NCBI GenBank assembly: GCA_021769555.1
Contig: JAETSR010000007.1
Location: 32,017-96,016, forward strand
Direction of reading: 5' to 3'
Source: Clostridiaceae bacterium
GTDB lineage: Bacteria; Bacillota; Clostridia; Oscillospirales; Acutalibacteraceae
Length of the DNA: 64,000 nucleotides
Shown: in pieces, positions 28,265 to 37,042 of the stretch
Layout: each line of letters begins with the position of its first letter
How positions within the stretch are numbered: the first letter of the stretch is position 1
Notes under the pieces: generated by a model
Told to the model about the DNA's origin: nothing
The model's input: only the letters and a program-made list of their open reading frames with translations
Database searches by the model: none
Made by a program: the position numbers and the translations under genes

Positions 28265-28760
28265 CCTGCCTCCCATCTTCCAGAAAGTCGTGCTTTTTGA
28301 GCCGTTCTTTGTAGACTTCCCGGATGTTCTCTATGGCGAGGACTGCCCGGTTATTGGGGTAGTTCTCGTCCTTTTCGCAGTATCTCTCGTATTCGTCGAT
28401 GTTCGTAAGAATCTCGATGAACTCCTCCTTGGTGTGCTTGCGGTTGCGCAGGAGCGTATTATTGAACTGCAAAATCTCCATGCGGTGCTTGTCGGCGTCC
28501 CGGCGGGCGTCCGTCAAGATGTGCTTATCAAGACGAGCCTCTAAGGTCTCTAGCTTTTTCTGAGCCTCCTGCTGGGCGTGGGTCACTTCTTCAAGTTTGG
28601 CAAGTACGGAGCTGTTCGCCGCCCGGCCTATGCAGCCCAGCAGCCACTTAAAGAACTTCCCCAACTCCGACCATGGGTCTAGCTTTATGGGGGAAATCTG
28701 TACCAGGAGCATGGCTATTGCCAAAATGCCGCCCCCGGCAAAAAGGTTTTGGAGTGTCAA
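28233..28760 (-). CDS. Membrane-anchored hypothetical protein of the lysis region
   Basis: TTG start with SD; LVQISPIKLDPWS then coiled coil. Confidence 0.7.
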   Translation of the reverse strand: MTLQNLFAGGGILAIAMLLVQISPIKLDPWSELGKFFKWLLGCIGRAANSSVLAKLEEVTHAQQEAQKKLETLEARLDKHILTDARRDADKHRMEILQFNNTLLRNRKHTKEEFIEILTNIDEYERYCEKDENYPNNRAVLAIENIREVYKERLKKHDFLEDGRQDDGPEEAPEA

Positions 28761-28787
28761 ATTTTATCACCTGCCTTGTTCGGAAAT

Positions 28788-28825
28788 AAAAAAGCCGCAG
28801 GCCGCTCGTTTGGGCGGCCTCGGCT
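28788..28825 (-). terminator. Terminator at the end of the tail operon
   Basis: AGCCGAGGCCGCCC-AAAC-GAGCGGCCTGCGGCT followed by a T tract. Confidence 0.75.
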
Positions 28826-28837
28826 CTCAGAGGAAAT

Positions 28838-28960
28838 CTACTCCTCCACCTTTACCTCGCAGTCGGCGAGGATTTCCTTGACCTGCTCCCGAATAAGAGC
28901 GGGTACCTGCTCAAGGGTTTTGCGGCCCTTGATGATAAGGGTTGCGTACACAACTGCCAT
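28838..28960 (-). CDS. CD1375-like small protein
   Basis: MAVVYATLIIKGRKTLEQVPALIREQVKEIL; AAGGAGGT SD. Confidence 0.7.
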   Translation of the reverse strand: MAVVYATLIIKGRKTLEQVPALIREQVKEILADCEVKVEE

Positions 28961-29009
28961 GCCGTCCACCTCCTTCCTGAGCAAGAATTTCAAAAGCCCC
29001 TCCCGGAGC

Positions 29010-29120
29010 CTACTCATTGTCTTCCTCTAACAGGGCCTCGACCTCTGCCCGGAGTTTGGCCGGGACATCGTCCAGCGTCTTCCTGCCCTTGCGGATAAGC
29101 TCTGCGTAGATTTTAGCCAT
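29010..29120 (-). CDS. CD1375-like small protein (tandem paralog)
   Basis: MAKIYAELIRKGRKTLDDVPAKLRAEVEALL. Confidence 0.7.
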   Translation of the reverse strand: MAKIYAELIRKGRKTLDDVPAKLRAEVEALLEEDNE

Positions 29121-29301
29121 TACTCATTACCTCCATGACCTGCTCGAATACGTCGCAGAGGGCCATCTGCGTGTCCTCGAGCTGTGTTTCCAAGGTGTTC
29201 ACCTTGGTCTGCAGCGCCTCGTTCTCTGCCTGGAGCTGGGCCCGGCTTTTCTGTTTGCTGCGCTCCTTAACAGAATCCTTTCTCTGCACATTCAGTCCCA
29301 T
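29113..29301 (-). CDS. Small coiled-coil tail-associated protein
   Basis: MGLNVQRKD...QMALCDVFEQ; TAATG overlap with the DGR target stop. Confidence 0.65.
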   Translation of the reverse strand: MGLNVQRKDSVKERSKQKSRAQLQAENEALQTKVNTLETQLEDTQMALCDVFEQVMEVMSNG

Positions 29302-31151
29302 TACTGGAATCCTCCTTGAATCGAAGTGATGTAGCCGCCCTTGCCGCTCTCGCCCCGCTCGACCGTAACACGGAAATTGAAGGCAAAACCGCTGGCGGCT
29401 GTTTCGTTCGTAAATACATGGTTTGCGCCGTTCTTGACCTCCGTAGTGCACTCCTCCCACACAGGGGTCTCGTCGTTGGCGTTGTTCGTGACCTCTACCT
29501 TGTACTCTGCGTCGGTGGGTATATCCCCCGTGACCGATAGGACGCATACCGTGATTTTGGCGTCGGCCTCCATGGGCTCGTCCAGGCTGATGGACGCCGC
29601 CGTAACCTCTTTGGTGAAGGTGATCTCATGGGCGCTGGCCTCTTTGCCGTCGCTGGCGGTGATTTTCAAGGTGTGCTGGCCGTTGGCAAGTTTCATGAAG
29701 TATTCGCCGGTAACTGCGAAGCTGTTGCTCGCCGCCGGGTCAGCCGTGAAGCTGCGCTTCAAGGCCCCGTCTATTGCCTCGGAGACCGTAATGGGGTCGC
29801 TGTCTGCGTCGCTTACCTGGTAGGAGATAGTGAAGCCTGCGCTTTTCGTTCCCAGGTCGCCGGTCGTGGTGCAGACGATAGCGGGAGGGGTGTTATTGTT
29901 GACCGTCCGGGTTTCAGAGGTGGAATAGTCGCCGTAGGCGCTGTGGCTATCGTAGGCCCGCACACGATATGCCACGCTGGCCCAGCCCTTTGTAATGCTA
30001 TCAGTAAAGCTCAGGGCAGTCCCGGAGTAAATCTGCGTCCACTCGCCCCCGTCCACCTGGCGCTCCAAGCTGTACCCGGCCAGATCGCCGTCGCTGTCCG
30101 TGGCCGCGCCCCAGGTGATTGCTAAATTGCCGCCGCCCATCACTGTATTAGGAACGGTGATACTGGTGGGCGCTCCGGGCGCGAGGTTGTTTATCACGGT
30201 TATCGCGGCGCTCGTTCGGTAAGCCGAACTCGCGCCGTCGGTGTCGTATGCTTTTACTCTGTACTGAACTGTTCCGGTGCCGAAGGGCACCGGATTGGTG
30301 GTGCTCCTGCTGCTGCCCTGGTAAATCTGGGCCCAGCTCGCGCCGCCGTCCGTGCTGCGCTCTACGATGTACCCCTCCAGGTTGCTCTCTGCGTCGCTGC
30401 TGGCGGCCCAACTGACCGTGATAGTTTCCCCACCCTGTATGCTCTCCGGGATGGTAATGCTCCCTGGCGTAGTGGGAGCCGTGTTCGTATTTACCGAGCC
30501 ATCGTCAGAGACCAAGAGTGAAGAGGGAAGTATCAAAGCGGGGCGGACGCCATAGGTGCCGGCGCAGCTGCCGTAGTCGTAATTGCCACTGGAGTTGACG
30601 CCCCAGGCGCCGCTGGCGACGCCGGTGTCCGGGGAGCGGAGCCACCAGCTGGTGGCGGAGCCGTTGTAGTTGGCTATGCGTTTATTAAGGGCGCTTTGCC
30701 CGGTGCCGTTCTCGAAGTATGAGAGCTTTGCTCCATCGGTTGGAAAATAGCTGTTGTCGCTTGTTGTGAATCCTACCTCATATCCAGACAGCAGGAAGAC
30801 CTTGCAGGATAGGCCGTTGGCCCCGGACGCCACGGCGCTGTTGGCGGTGCCGTTGACATACGGGAGCTTGACCTGCTTTACCTGGGCCTGGATGTTGGCG
30901 TCCAGCTTGTTTATCCAGGTGTTGTTGAGATAGGCGTGAATGGCTGAATTTTTGTAGTCATTCACATTTGAGCTATGCCACTGACGGGTTTCCAGCATAT
31001 CCTTGAGCAACAGCCAAACGCCGTCGCAGGAGGAATCGTAAAGGGTGCTGGGCCGCCCCTTGTGGACGATGATAAAGTCGCGGAGAACGCCGTCAACCTT
31101 GAGTTTGACGGTACTGCCGACCGCTTTCGAGTTTAGTGCTACTGCTGCCAT
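29301..31151 (-). CDS. DGR target tail protein: N-terminal variable (CLec/DUF6273-like) domain, two Fn3 repeats and Ig-like C-terminal domains
   Basis: Contains the VR at aa ~165-207 (WWLRSP...GVRPAL); two repeats with W..ASD...GY..ER..DGG..W.QIY...YRV.AYD. Confidence 0.92.
   Translation of the reverse strand: MAAVALNSKAVGSTVKLKVDGVLRDFIIVHKGRPSTLYDSSCDGVWLLLKDMLETRQWHSSNVNDYKNSAIHAYLNNTWINKLDANIQAQVKQVKLPYVNGTANSAVASGANGLSCKVFLLSGYEVGFTTSDNSYFPTDGAKLSYFENGTGQSALNKRIANYNGSATSWWLRSPDTGVASGAWGVNSSGNYDYGSCAGTYGVRPALILPSSLLVSDDGSVNTNTAPTTPGSITIPESIQGGETITVSWAASSDAESNLEGYIVERSTDGGASWAQIYQGSSRSTTNPVPFGTGTVQYRVKAYDTDGASSAYRTSAAITVINNLAPGAPTSITVPNTVMGGGNLAITWGAATDSDGDLAGYSLERQVDGGEWTQIYSGTALSFTDSITKGWASVAYRVRAYDSHSAYGDYSTSETRTVNNNTPPAIVCTTTGDLGTKSAGFTISYQVSDADSDPITVSEAIDGALKRSFTADPAASNSFAVTGEYFMKLANGQHTLKITASDGKEASAHEITFTKEVTAASISLDEPMEADAKITVCVLSVTGDIPTDAEYKVEVTNNANDETPVWEECTTEVKNGANHVFTNETAASGFAFNFRVTVERGESGKGGYITSIQGGFQ
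30532..30659 (-). repeat. DGR variable repeat (VR)
   Basis: 128-bp ungapped match to the TR; 21 mismatches at TR adenines plus one in the 3' IMH. Confidence 0.97.
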
Positions 31152-32353
31152 GTTTCTCCTTTCTGCTGGCCCTGCGGTGTAATGCGTATGGGCTGCGGGG
31201 AAAAAGAAAAGGGGCTTGGCTCTCCGGCCAGCTCCCGCTTTTTCATGATGTTCTTATACTGTTTCAGTCTACGCTTTGCCCGCACTTCCCGGGTGGAATT
31301 TATCTTTCGGTGAATCTTTACCTTTTCACCGATGATTTCTTCCACCTGGTCAGCGTATTTCCGCCGTAGGGAATGGGTGTCGCCGTGGGCTGCGTGTGCG
31401 TCCCACGAGGTGAACTTTTCAACAATCTTTTCCTTGCTTATTTTGCCCTCCGGGTAATCCCTCCTCCATTTTTTGATTCTGCCCCTTATGCGGTTGATAC
31501 TTTCCTGCCGGAGTTTCTGGACTACGCCGCCGTTCTCCGTCAGGTAGGAGTGAAAGCCGAGGAAGTCTATGCCGTTCCTCAGTGGGAAAATGGCGGTCTT
31601 GTCGTTCAGCTCCAGCTTGTACTCGGACATCAGGGCCTGCACGTCTTTCAAAAGCCTTTGCAGCTCTGCCTTGTCCGGCAGGATGACAAAGAAATCATCC
31701 ATATACCGGCCATAGCGCTTTATCTGATACTTTTCCTTGATGATATGGTCGAACTCGTCAAGGAACATCAGGGCAAAAAGCTGACTTGTCTGGTAGCCCA
31801 GGGGCAGGCCGGGGGTGGTGTCTATGTAGGTGCATAGAAGGTAATACACCTGCCAGTCAATGTCCTTGCGCTCCATGAGCCTTTGCAGTTTAGCTTTCAG
31901 AAGGTCGTGGTCTATGCTTGCGAAAAAGTGGTGTACATCACATTTCAGCACCCATCCATCCGCGCTGCCGGTTTTCCGGTAGTAGTCCACCATCTGCTGC
32001 TTGAGCCGCATAAGGCCGTCGTGCGTACCCTTACCCTTTTGGCTGGCGTAGTTGTCCCGGATAAAGCTGCTGGTGATGGCGTCGTAGATGATATTGTCCG
32101 TTACGGCGTGGAGCACTACCTTGTCCACAAAAGCCGGGGCCTGCACGAGCCGTTTCTTTGGCTCATACACATAGAAGGTCTCGAACCGGCTGGGCCGGTA
32201 CTTTTGGGTGGAGAGGATATGGGATAGCTTTTCGGTGCAGGCCAGAGCGTTGGCCTCGTATTGGGCTGTAGCGGCCTTGGCCCGCTTTCGCTTTCTGGCC
32301 TCGAGATACCCATTGTAGAGCACTTCAAATGAGCATAATTCTTCAAATGTCAT
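31139..32353 (-). CDS. DGR reverse transcriptase
   Basis: Start MTFEELC (GGAGGT SD); YVYEPKKR, KCDVHHFF, GLPLGYQTSQ, RYMDD. Confidence 0.97.
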   Translation of the reverse strand: MTFEELCSFEVLYNGYLEARKRKRAKAATAQYEANALACTEKLSHILSTQKYRPSRFETFYVYEPKKRLVQAPAFVDKVVLHAVTDNIIYDAITSSFIRDNYASQKGKGTHDGLMRLKQQMVDYYRKTGSADGWVLKCDVHHFFASIDHDLLKAKLQRLMERKDIDWQVYYLLCTYIDTTPGLPLGYQTSQLFALMFLDEFDHIIKEKYQIKRYGRYMDDFFVILPDKAELQRLLKDVQALMSEYKLELNDKTAIFPLRNGIDFLGFHSYLTENGGVVQKLRQESINRIRGRIKKWRRDYPEGKISKEKIVEKFTSWDAHAAHGDTHSLRRKYADQVEEIIGEKVKIHRKINSTREVRAKRRLKQYKNIMKKRELAGEPSPFSFSPQPIRITPQGQQKGETWQQ

Positions 32354-32583
32354 TTGACCTCCCAAATTTAAGCTCTCCGGGGGGTAGAGGAGGCTCCCGG
32401 AAAGCACCATGCCTAAACGCCGGTCTGTCCTCCTCGCAGCAGCCTGCTGCGCCCCATCTGGGGCGGCTGGCCTCGGCGTGATGTATTTATCCCCAGCCCC
32501 TCCGGGGCTGACGACAGGATATGGCTCCCTTTGATGTGACGGCGTACTGCTTTCACCCTTTTGGGTTACTCGTCTAACATTCC

Positions 32584-32711
32584 ATCAGAGCGGGGCGGAC
32601 GCCATAGGTGTTGGTGCAGTTGTTGTTGTTGTAATTGCCATTGGAGTTGACGTTCCAGGCGTTGTTGGTGTTGTTGGTGTTCGGGGAGCGGAGCCACCAG
32701 TTGGTGGCGGA
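32584..32711 (-). repeat. DGR template repeat (TR)
   Basis: AAC-rich: SATNWWLRSPNTNNTNNAWNVNSNGNYNNNNCTNTYGVRPAL; lies between avd and RT. Confidence 0.97.
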
Positions 32712-32744
32712 AATGAGCCATACCCTAATACAAGCAGTTTCCCG

Positions 32745-33344
32745 CTAGTATCCTTGTTTGGCCGCGCGGATGGCGTCGCGGCAGGCAGAAGTAGCGATTT
32801 GATACTGCCTCTTGTCTGCCGCTGTCTGCTCCTCTGCGGCGAGTTTGCGGGCCCGGCCTCCATCGTTCTTGCGCCAGGAGGCGGCCATGTACTTTACGTC
32901 GTTTACTTTCTTTGTCCAGGTTTCTACCTTCTTCATGCTGATAATGTGCTCGTCGAAACATATCTGGATGTATTCCAGCATAAGGGTGCAGCCATCCAGG
33001 ATGTCGTCTATCTTGTCGAGCCGCTGCTGGTACTCTGTGGCAAAGTGCTTGTTATTCGCGGAGTGGATGTCCCGAACGATACCCTTGGCAATCATGCGCA
33101 ACTCCTCTCCGTATAGCCTGTACTTACTGCGGGAAAAGCCCTCCTTTTTCTTTCTGTCGGTTGCGTGGATGATTTGGGAGCAGGCCGACCGTACTTCACG
33201 GATGTCGTCTAGTTCAGAAATTCGCCTGATGATTTTCTGAACATCGGTAAGGCTGACATCATCGGAAACGACCCTTGTCGCCTGATTGGTATATCGCAGG
33301 AGCTCCCTTGCCCTGTTGCCAAGCAGGAATTCTTTCTCAGCCAT
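32745..33344 (-). CDS. avd: DGR accessory variability determinant (four-helix bundle)
   Basis: Basic helical protein directly before the TR; FSRSKYRLYGEELR, ISMKKVETWTKKV. Confidence 0.8.
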   Translation of the reverse strand: MAEKEFLLGNRARELLRYTNQATRVVSDDVSLTDVQKIIRRISELDDIREVRSACSQIIHATDRKKKEGFSRSKYRLYGEELRMIAKGIVRDIHSANNKHFATEYQQRLDKIDDILDGCTLMLEYIQICFDEHIISMKKVETWTKKVNDVKYMAASWRKNDGGRARKLAAEEQTAADKRQYQIATSACRDAIRAAKQGY

Positions 33345-33597
33345 TCTTGCGTCCCCTTTCCGGGCAGTTAGGCCCATTCAAAAGGGGAGCCAGGTCTCCC
33401 GGCTCCCCCTCAAAGACGCAGCGGTCACTCTGGATGGTCAGCCGCCCATAATTCTGATTGTGGGTGACGCCGAAAAGTACCAGGTAGGTGCTGCTCCTCA
33501 AATCACACGTCCTGCATGGAGGCTCAAGCCTCTCGAAAAGGTTGCCGACGATACAGGACAGCTCATTCGGCGACCTGGAAAACTCTATGGTCTGCAT
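33337..33597 (-). CDS. Small Cys-containing hypothetical protein
   Basis: MQTIEF start overlaps the upstream stop (TAATG); its own stop overlaps the avd start. Confidence 0.65.
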   Translation of the reverse strand: MQTIEFSRSPNELSCIVGNLFERLEPPCRTCDLRSSTYLVLFGVTHNQNYGRLTIQSDRCVFEGEPGDLAPLLNGPNCPERGRKNG

Positions 33598-34328
33598 TAG
33601 AAGTCTACCCTCTTTTGCACTGTATTCCAAATGCCCTCCACCTGCAGGCCGGTAAGGGTCTCAAAGGTAACTGTGAAGGGGTTTCCGCTAACATCGGTGT
33701 TGTACATGAGCTCCAACAGCGCCAGCCGAGAATCCACGGTAGTCACCAGGTTTTGCACGTCCGGGTGGGCCGTCGGGTCGGCATTGTGCGTATCTATGAG
33801 TTTCTGGGCCTCCACAAGGAACTGCGGGAGCATGACAACAGTTGTGTACTCCTGGATGTCCTCAGCGGTCATAAACGCCTCTGGTGAATAGTCGATGATA
33901 ACGGTAGCGCCCTCCCCAATGGTAATGCTTACCGGATAGCGCCGGGTGTCAATGCCCTGGGAGTTGTAGGCGCTTACCCACTGCGGGTAATCTCCCAGAG
34001 TGCCGTAATAGAGCATGACTTCGGAGCCGTCCAAATCTTCGGCGAACACACCAAACTCTCGAATCCAAAAGCCTCGGTTGAGGCCGCCGTTGAGGTCAGA
34101 GCGGTATTCGACCGTCATGTGCACCGTGTCTCCGTTATAGGTGGGGATATCGCTTGTGCCTGCTGCCACCGGTTCAATAAGGTCTTGCAGGTTTCCGGGG
34201 AAAATATCGTCCGGGCAGACGCCGGAGCCCATCATGACCCTGGTGATTTTCATGGGCAGCTTGGCGGCCAGGATTCTTGCTATCAGTTCCCGGCCCTTTT
34301 TGGGGATTGTGCAGCCGTATTGGCTCAT
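33597..34328 (-). CDS. Tail-collar fibre / baseplate-attachment protein
   Basis: GRELIARI...ITRVMMGSG, IREFGVFA; HNADPTAHPD motif. Confidence 0.75.
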   Translation of the reverse strand: MSQYGCTIPKKGRELIARILAAKLPMKITRVMMGSGVCPDDIFPGNLQDLIEPVAAGTSDIPTYNGDTVHMTVEYRSDLNGGLNRGFWIREFGVFAEDLDGSEVMLYYGTLGDYPQWVSAYNSQGIDTRRYPVSITIGEGATVIIDYSPEAFMTAEDIQEYTTVVMLPQFLVEAQKLIDTHNADPTAHPDVQNLVTTVDSRLALLELMYNTDVSGNPFTVTFETLTGLQVEGIWNTVQKRVDF

Positions 34329-35152
34329 ACTGATTCCTCCTTGATTTCTGGTAATGCTGTTTCTGTATAGCTGGTGAATACAGCCGAGGCCCGCTCATGG
34401 GCTACGGCTGGTATGACCGTTTCAAACTCTGGCAAAGGCGGCAGGCTTGTGGTCGTAAAGGAGCTGTGAACTCCTCCCACACTAAGCATGACCGGCGCTG
34501 CGCGGAACTCGGGCTCTATCTCAGGTAGTTTGGTGACATTCATGCACTGGCCGATGTAGGGGGTGATATAAAGGGCTTTCTCAGGGATGATGGGCTCTAT
34601 TTCTGGAAGTTCTGTTATATTTACCCCCCGGCCAAAGGCGGGGGCAATATACATAGCTCCCGTGGTCTCCGGCGCGGTGATAACGTTATGCAAAAAGAGG
34701 CCCAGATGGGCCGGAATGCGGCGCAAAAGGGTCTCAATGAGGTTGTTCCTGTCGAATATCTCCCCACTTATCGTAATCATTATGGAGCTATTCTCAAAAT
34801 CGACGTCTGTTTCGCCATCCGAGTAATTCCCAATGATTGCTCGAATTTCCGGTTCCCCGATATGCCCGAGACCGCACAACCTTGCTATCACGACGCGCCT
34901 GCGCTGCTCGAGGGCAAGCTGCTCCTCATAGGTAATGCCTAAGAATTTCTCCCATGTCCTAAGCGTAGGAGGGTCTGCGGTGAGAATGAAATGGTCGAGA
35001 AATGTCTGCTCTATGTTGTCTTCCAGCGCATCCACAACCTTGCCCTGGGCTTTGAGAATTTCCACCATTTCAAATACTTCCCGGTAATACCTGGGATAGT
35101 GAGAAATGAGCTCATGGTAATTGCTCTTATAGTAGCGGTTATAAAGCCTCAT
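34325..35152 (-). CDS. YmfQ/DUF2313 (XkdU-like) baseplate protein
   Basis: PRYYREVFEM, WEKFLGI, RRRVVIARL, RRIPAHL. Confidence 0.8.
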   Translation of the reverse strand: MRLYNRYYKSNYHELISHYPRYYREVFEMVEILKAQGKVVDALEDNIEQTFLDHFILTADPPTLRTWEKFLGITYEEQLALEQRRRVVIARLCGLGHIGEPEIRAIIGNYSDGETDVDFENSSIMITISGEIFDRNNLIETLLRRIPAHLGLFLHNVITAPETTGAMYIAPAFGRGVNITELPEIEPIIPEKALYITPYIGQCMNVTKLPEIEPEFRAAPVMLSVGGVHSSFTTTSLPPLPEFETVIPAVAHERASAVFTSYTETALPEIKEESV

Positions 35153-36258
35153 GAGATAATCACCTCTCCAAGAACGGGAACATCGTCGTCTCCTGGTATT
35201 ATGTTCTTTATATCGCCGTTGAGGGTGAGGCTGCTATAATCTACCATATTTTTTAAGCTGCTAAGGATGGCTCCTACAGCAGAAATGCGAACAATGGCGT
35301 CTGCTCCGGCGTTGGAGTTGAGGACAAGCCCTTGTATATATTTCTCGATTGCCTCTGCCGCCTCCTGTTTCGCTGCTTCTTTCGTGGCCCCAGTAGCCAA
35401 CTCCGCACCGAAGGAAACCGTAATCGAGAGGGGGGTTGCCCCTACTGCGGTAAAGTGTGCGCCAATGTTTGCAACCCCGTTTCCCAGGCCGTCGCCTACG
35501 GTGTACGTTATGCCGCCTACGGTAGCCTTGAGACCCTTTCCTGCTGGGTCAATATAATTCTGCACCTCCAGCACCTTGGCTGCCCCGCAGGGCTTTCCTA
35601 CGGGGTCTATGAGTACGGCTTTGACGGTGTTTGGCCCGTTCCACAGCGGAAATATCCTTGCCTGTCCCACGCCGTCTATGCTCTCGCACCATGTTTTGTA
35701 GTGCTGTCGGTTGCCGTTTTCGGCTGGCCCTGCAATTTTCTCCTGCACACGAGTGCGGAGGCTTTCGTCGTCCTCACTGTCTGAGCCGTTTTCGTATATC
35801 TTTCCGAAGGTGGCAGAGGCAAGGCCGTTAATGTTATTGACTGGTACCGCAGGGGTTCCCTCGTACACGTCGTTTCCGCTTTCTCCTGCAATCTCTGCCT
35901 CAAAGTAGTATACGCTTGTCTCCTTATCATAACGGAGATTAAAATAATTTCCGTCGTAGTAAAAGCGTTCTCCTATTGCTGGGGTTACACCATCGAAAAC
36001 GGCGTGGTACTTTGCTCTGGTGGCCGCAAGTCGCCGCACGTTGTATTCGCTGGCCCTTGTGTCTAGCGCCTCCCCGGTCGCCGTCGCAACCGTCGTCATT
36101 TGCACAATAAGGTCAAGGTCGGTGTAGAGCTTTGCGACCTTTAGCAATACCCCGGATATGGCGTCATAAAATATACTGCCCTGCCGGGTATCTATCCCCT
36201 CTGGGGCATTGGCGATAACATCCTCCAAAAGGCGCTCGTATGTGAAGCTCTCGAACAA
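35149..36258 (-). CDS. Baseplate J/gp47 (XkdT-like)
   Basis: IDTRQGSIFYDA, ESDDESLRTR-type motif, GNRQHYKTW. Confidence 0.9.
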   Translation of the reverse strand: MFESFTYERLLEDVIANAPEGIDTRQGSIFYDAISGVLLKVAKLYTDLDLIVQMTTVATATGEALDTRASEYNVRRLAATRAKYHAVFDGVTPAIGERFYYDGNYFNLRYDKETSVYYFEAEIAGESGNDVYEGTPAVPVNNINGLASATFGKIYENGSDSEDDESLRTRVQEKIAGPAENGNRQHYKTWCESIDGVGQARIFPLWNGPNTVKAVLIDPVGKPCGAAKVLEVQNYIDPAGKGLKATVGGITYTVGDGLGNGVANIGAHFTAVGATPLSITVSFGAELATGATKEAAKQEAAEAIEKYIQGLVLNSNAGADAIVRISAVGAILSSLKNMVDYSSLTLNGDIKNIIPGDDDVPVLGEVIIS

Positions 36259-36666
36259 TTAAATCACCTCCTCTATCTCCGTATCTCCGAAAATGGTATC
36301 GGCACGGAAACGAAAATAGGCTCCGTCCCCGTTAAAATCCACGTCTACGTCATACACCGAAAGAATCCGGGTATCTGGCAGGAGTGCGTCTTTGATAAAC
36401 CTTGCCGCCGTGGCCCTGATATATTCTCGGGTTGCGTCCTTCGTAATGATCGCGTTCTCAAGCTCGCTGCCGTACTGGCTGTCATAGATAAGGCACTTAA
36501 AGCGCGGGGTAATGATGGCTTTTCGGATAGCCTGGTTGACCGCCTCGAGCCCGTCTACCTTGCCAACAATGCGTCCCTTGTCCAAGTCCAGGCGGTAGGT
36601 CTTAGACGGTAACTCCTCAGCCTCCGAAACGGTTTCAACCGGGATAGGAATAAAAGTATCTGGCAT
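36259..36666 (-). CDS. DUF2634 (XkdS-like) baseplate wedge protein
   Basis: AVNQAIRKAIITPRFKCLIYDSQYGSEL. Confidence 0.85.
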   Translation of the reverse strand: MPDTFIPIPVETVSEAEELPSKTYRLDLDKGRIVGKVDGLEAVNQAIRKAIITPRFKCLIYDSQYGSELENAIITKDATREYIRATAARFIKDALLPDTRILSVYDVDVDFNGDGAYFRFRADTIFGDTEIEEVI

Positions 36667-36668
36667 AA

Positions 36669-37031
36669 TCACTCAATCCTGTCTAAAACATAGTATTGTT
36701 TGCCGTGGTTAAGAGGAAGAATATGTACCACGTCGCCCTTTTTAAGAGCATTGTGTATCAAAATAGACTTGCGCCCCAAAATGGGGTGCGAATGGGCTGC
36801 TGCTACCTCTGTCTGCCACTCCACGGTGACTTCTGTTTTGTAGTCTGTAAGGTGGCGGGGGATATAGGTATTGTTCTGGTTGAGAATGAGCTTTTCGTCG
36901 TTCGTTATCTGAATTTGAAGCGGGCTGGTTTTTATTACGGTGCCCTGCAGGATGGTAAAGCCTCCTGAGGCCTCATCTGCCATGCCTTGAAATATAGCCT
37001 TTATGCTTGTTTGCTCTCCTGCCTTTGCCAT
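36669..37031 (-). CDS. DUF2577 (XkdR-like)
   Basis: GTVIKTSPLQI, LKKGDVVHIL...QYYVLDR. Confidence 0.85.
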   Translation of the reverse strand: MAKAGEQTSIKAIFQGMADEASGGFTILQGTVIKTSPLQIQITNDEKLILNQNNTYIPRHLTDYKTEVTVEWQTEVAAAHSHPILGRKSILIHNALKKGDVVHILPLNHGKQYYVLDRIE

Positions 37032-37042
37032 ACGAATCCTCC

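Noticed and set aside
30459-30479. GCTCCC-9nt-GGGAGC as the DGR target-recognition hairpin
   Set aside because: Short stem and long loop inside GC-rich coding DNA, about 50 bp from the VR; could be chance
31139-32353. Group II intron or retron RT
   Set aside because: No maturase/endonuclease domain or intron RNA is seen; the LGxxxSQ motif, avd and the TR/VR pair identify a DGR
32610-32685. (GTT)n microsatellite-like run
   Set aside because: It is the AAC-rich DGR template repeat, not a simple repeat or a CRISPR array
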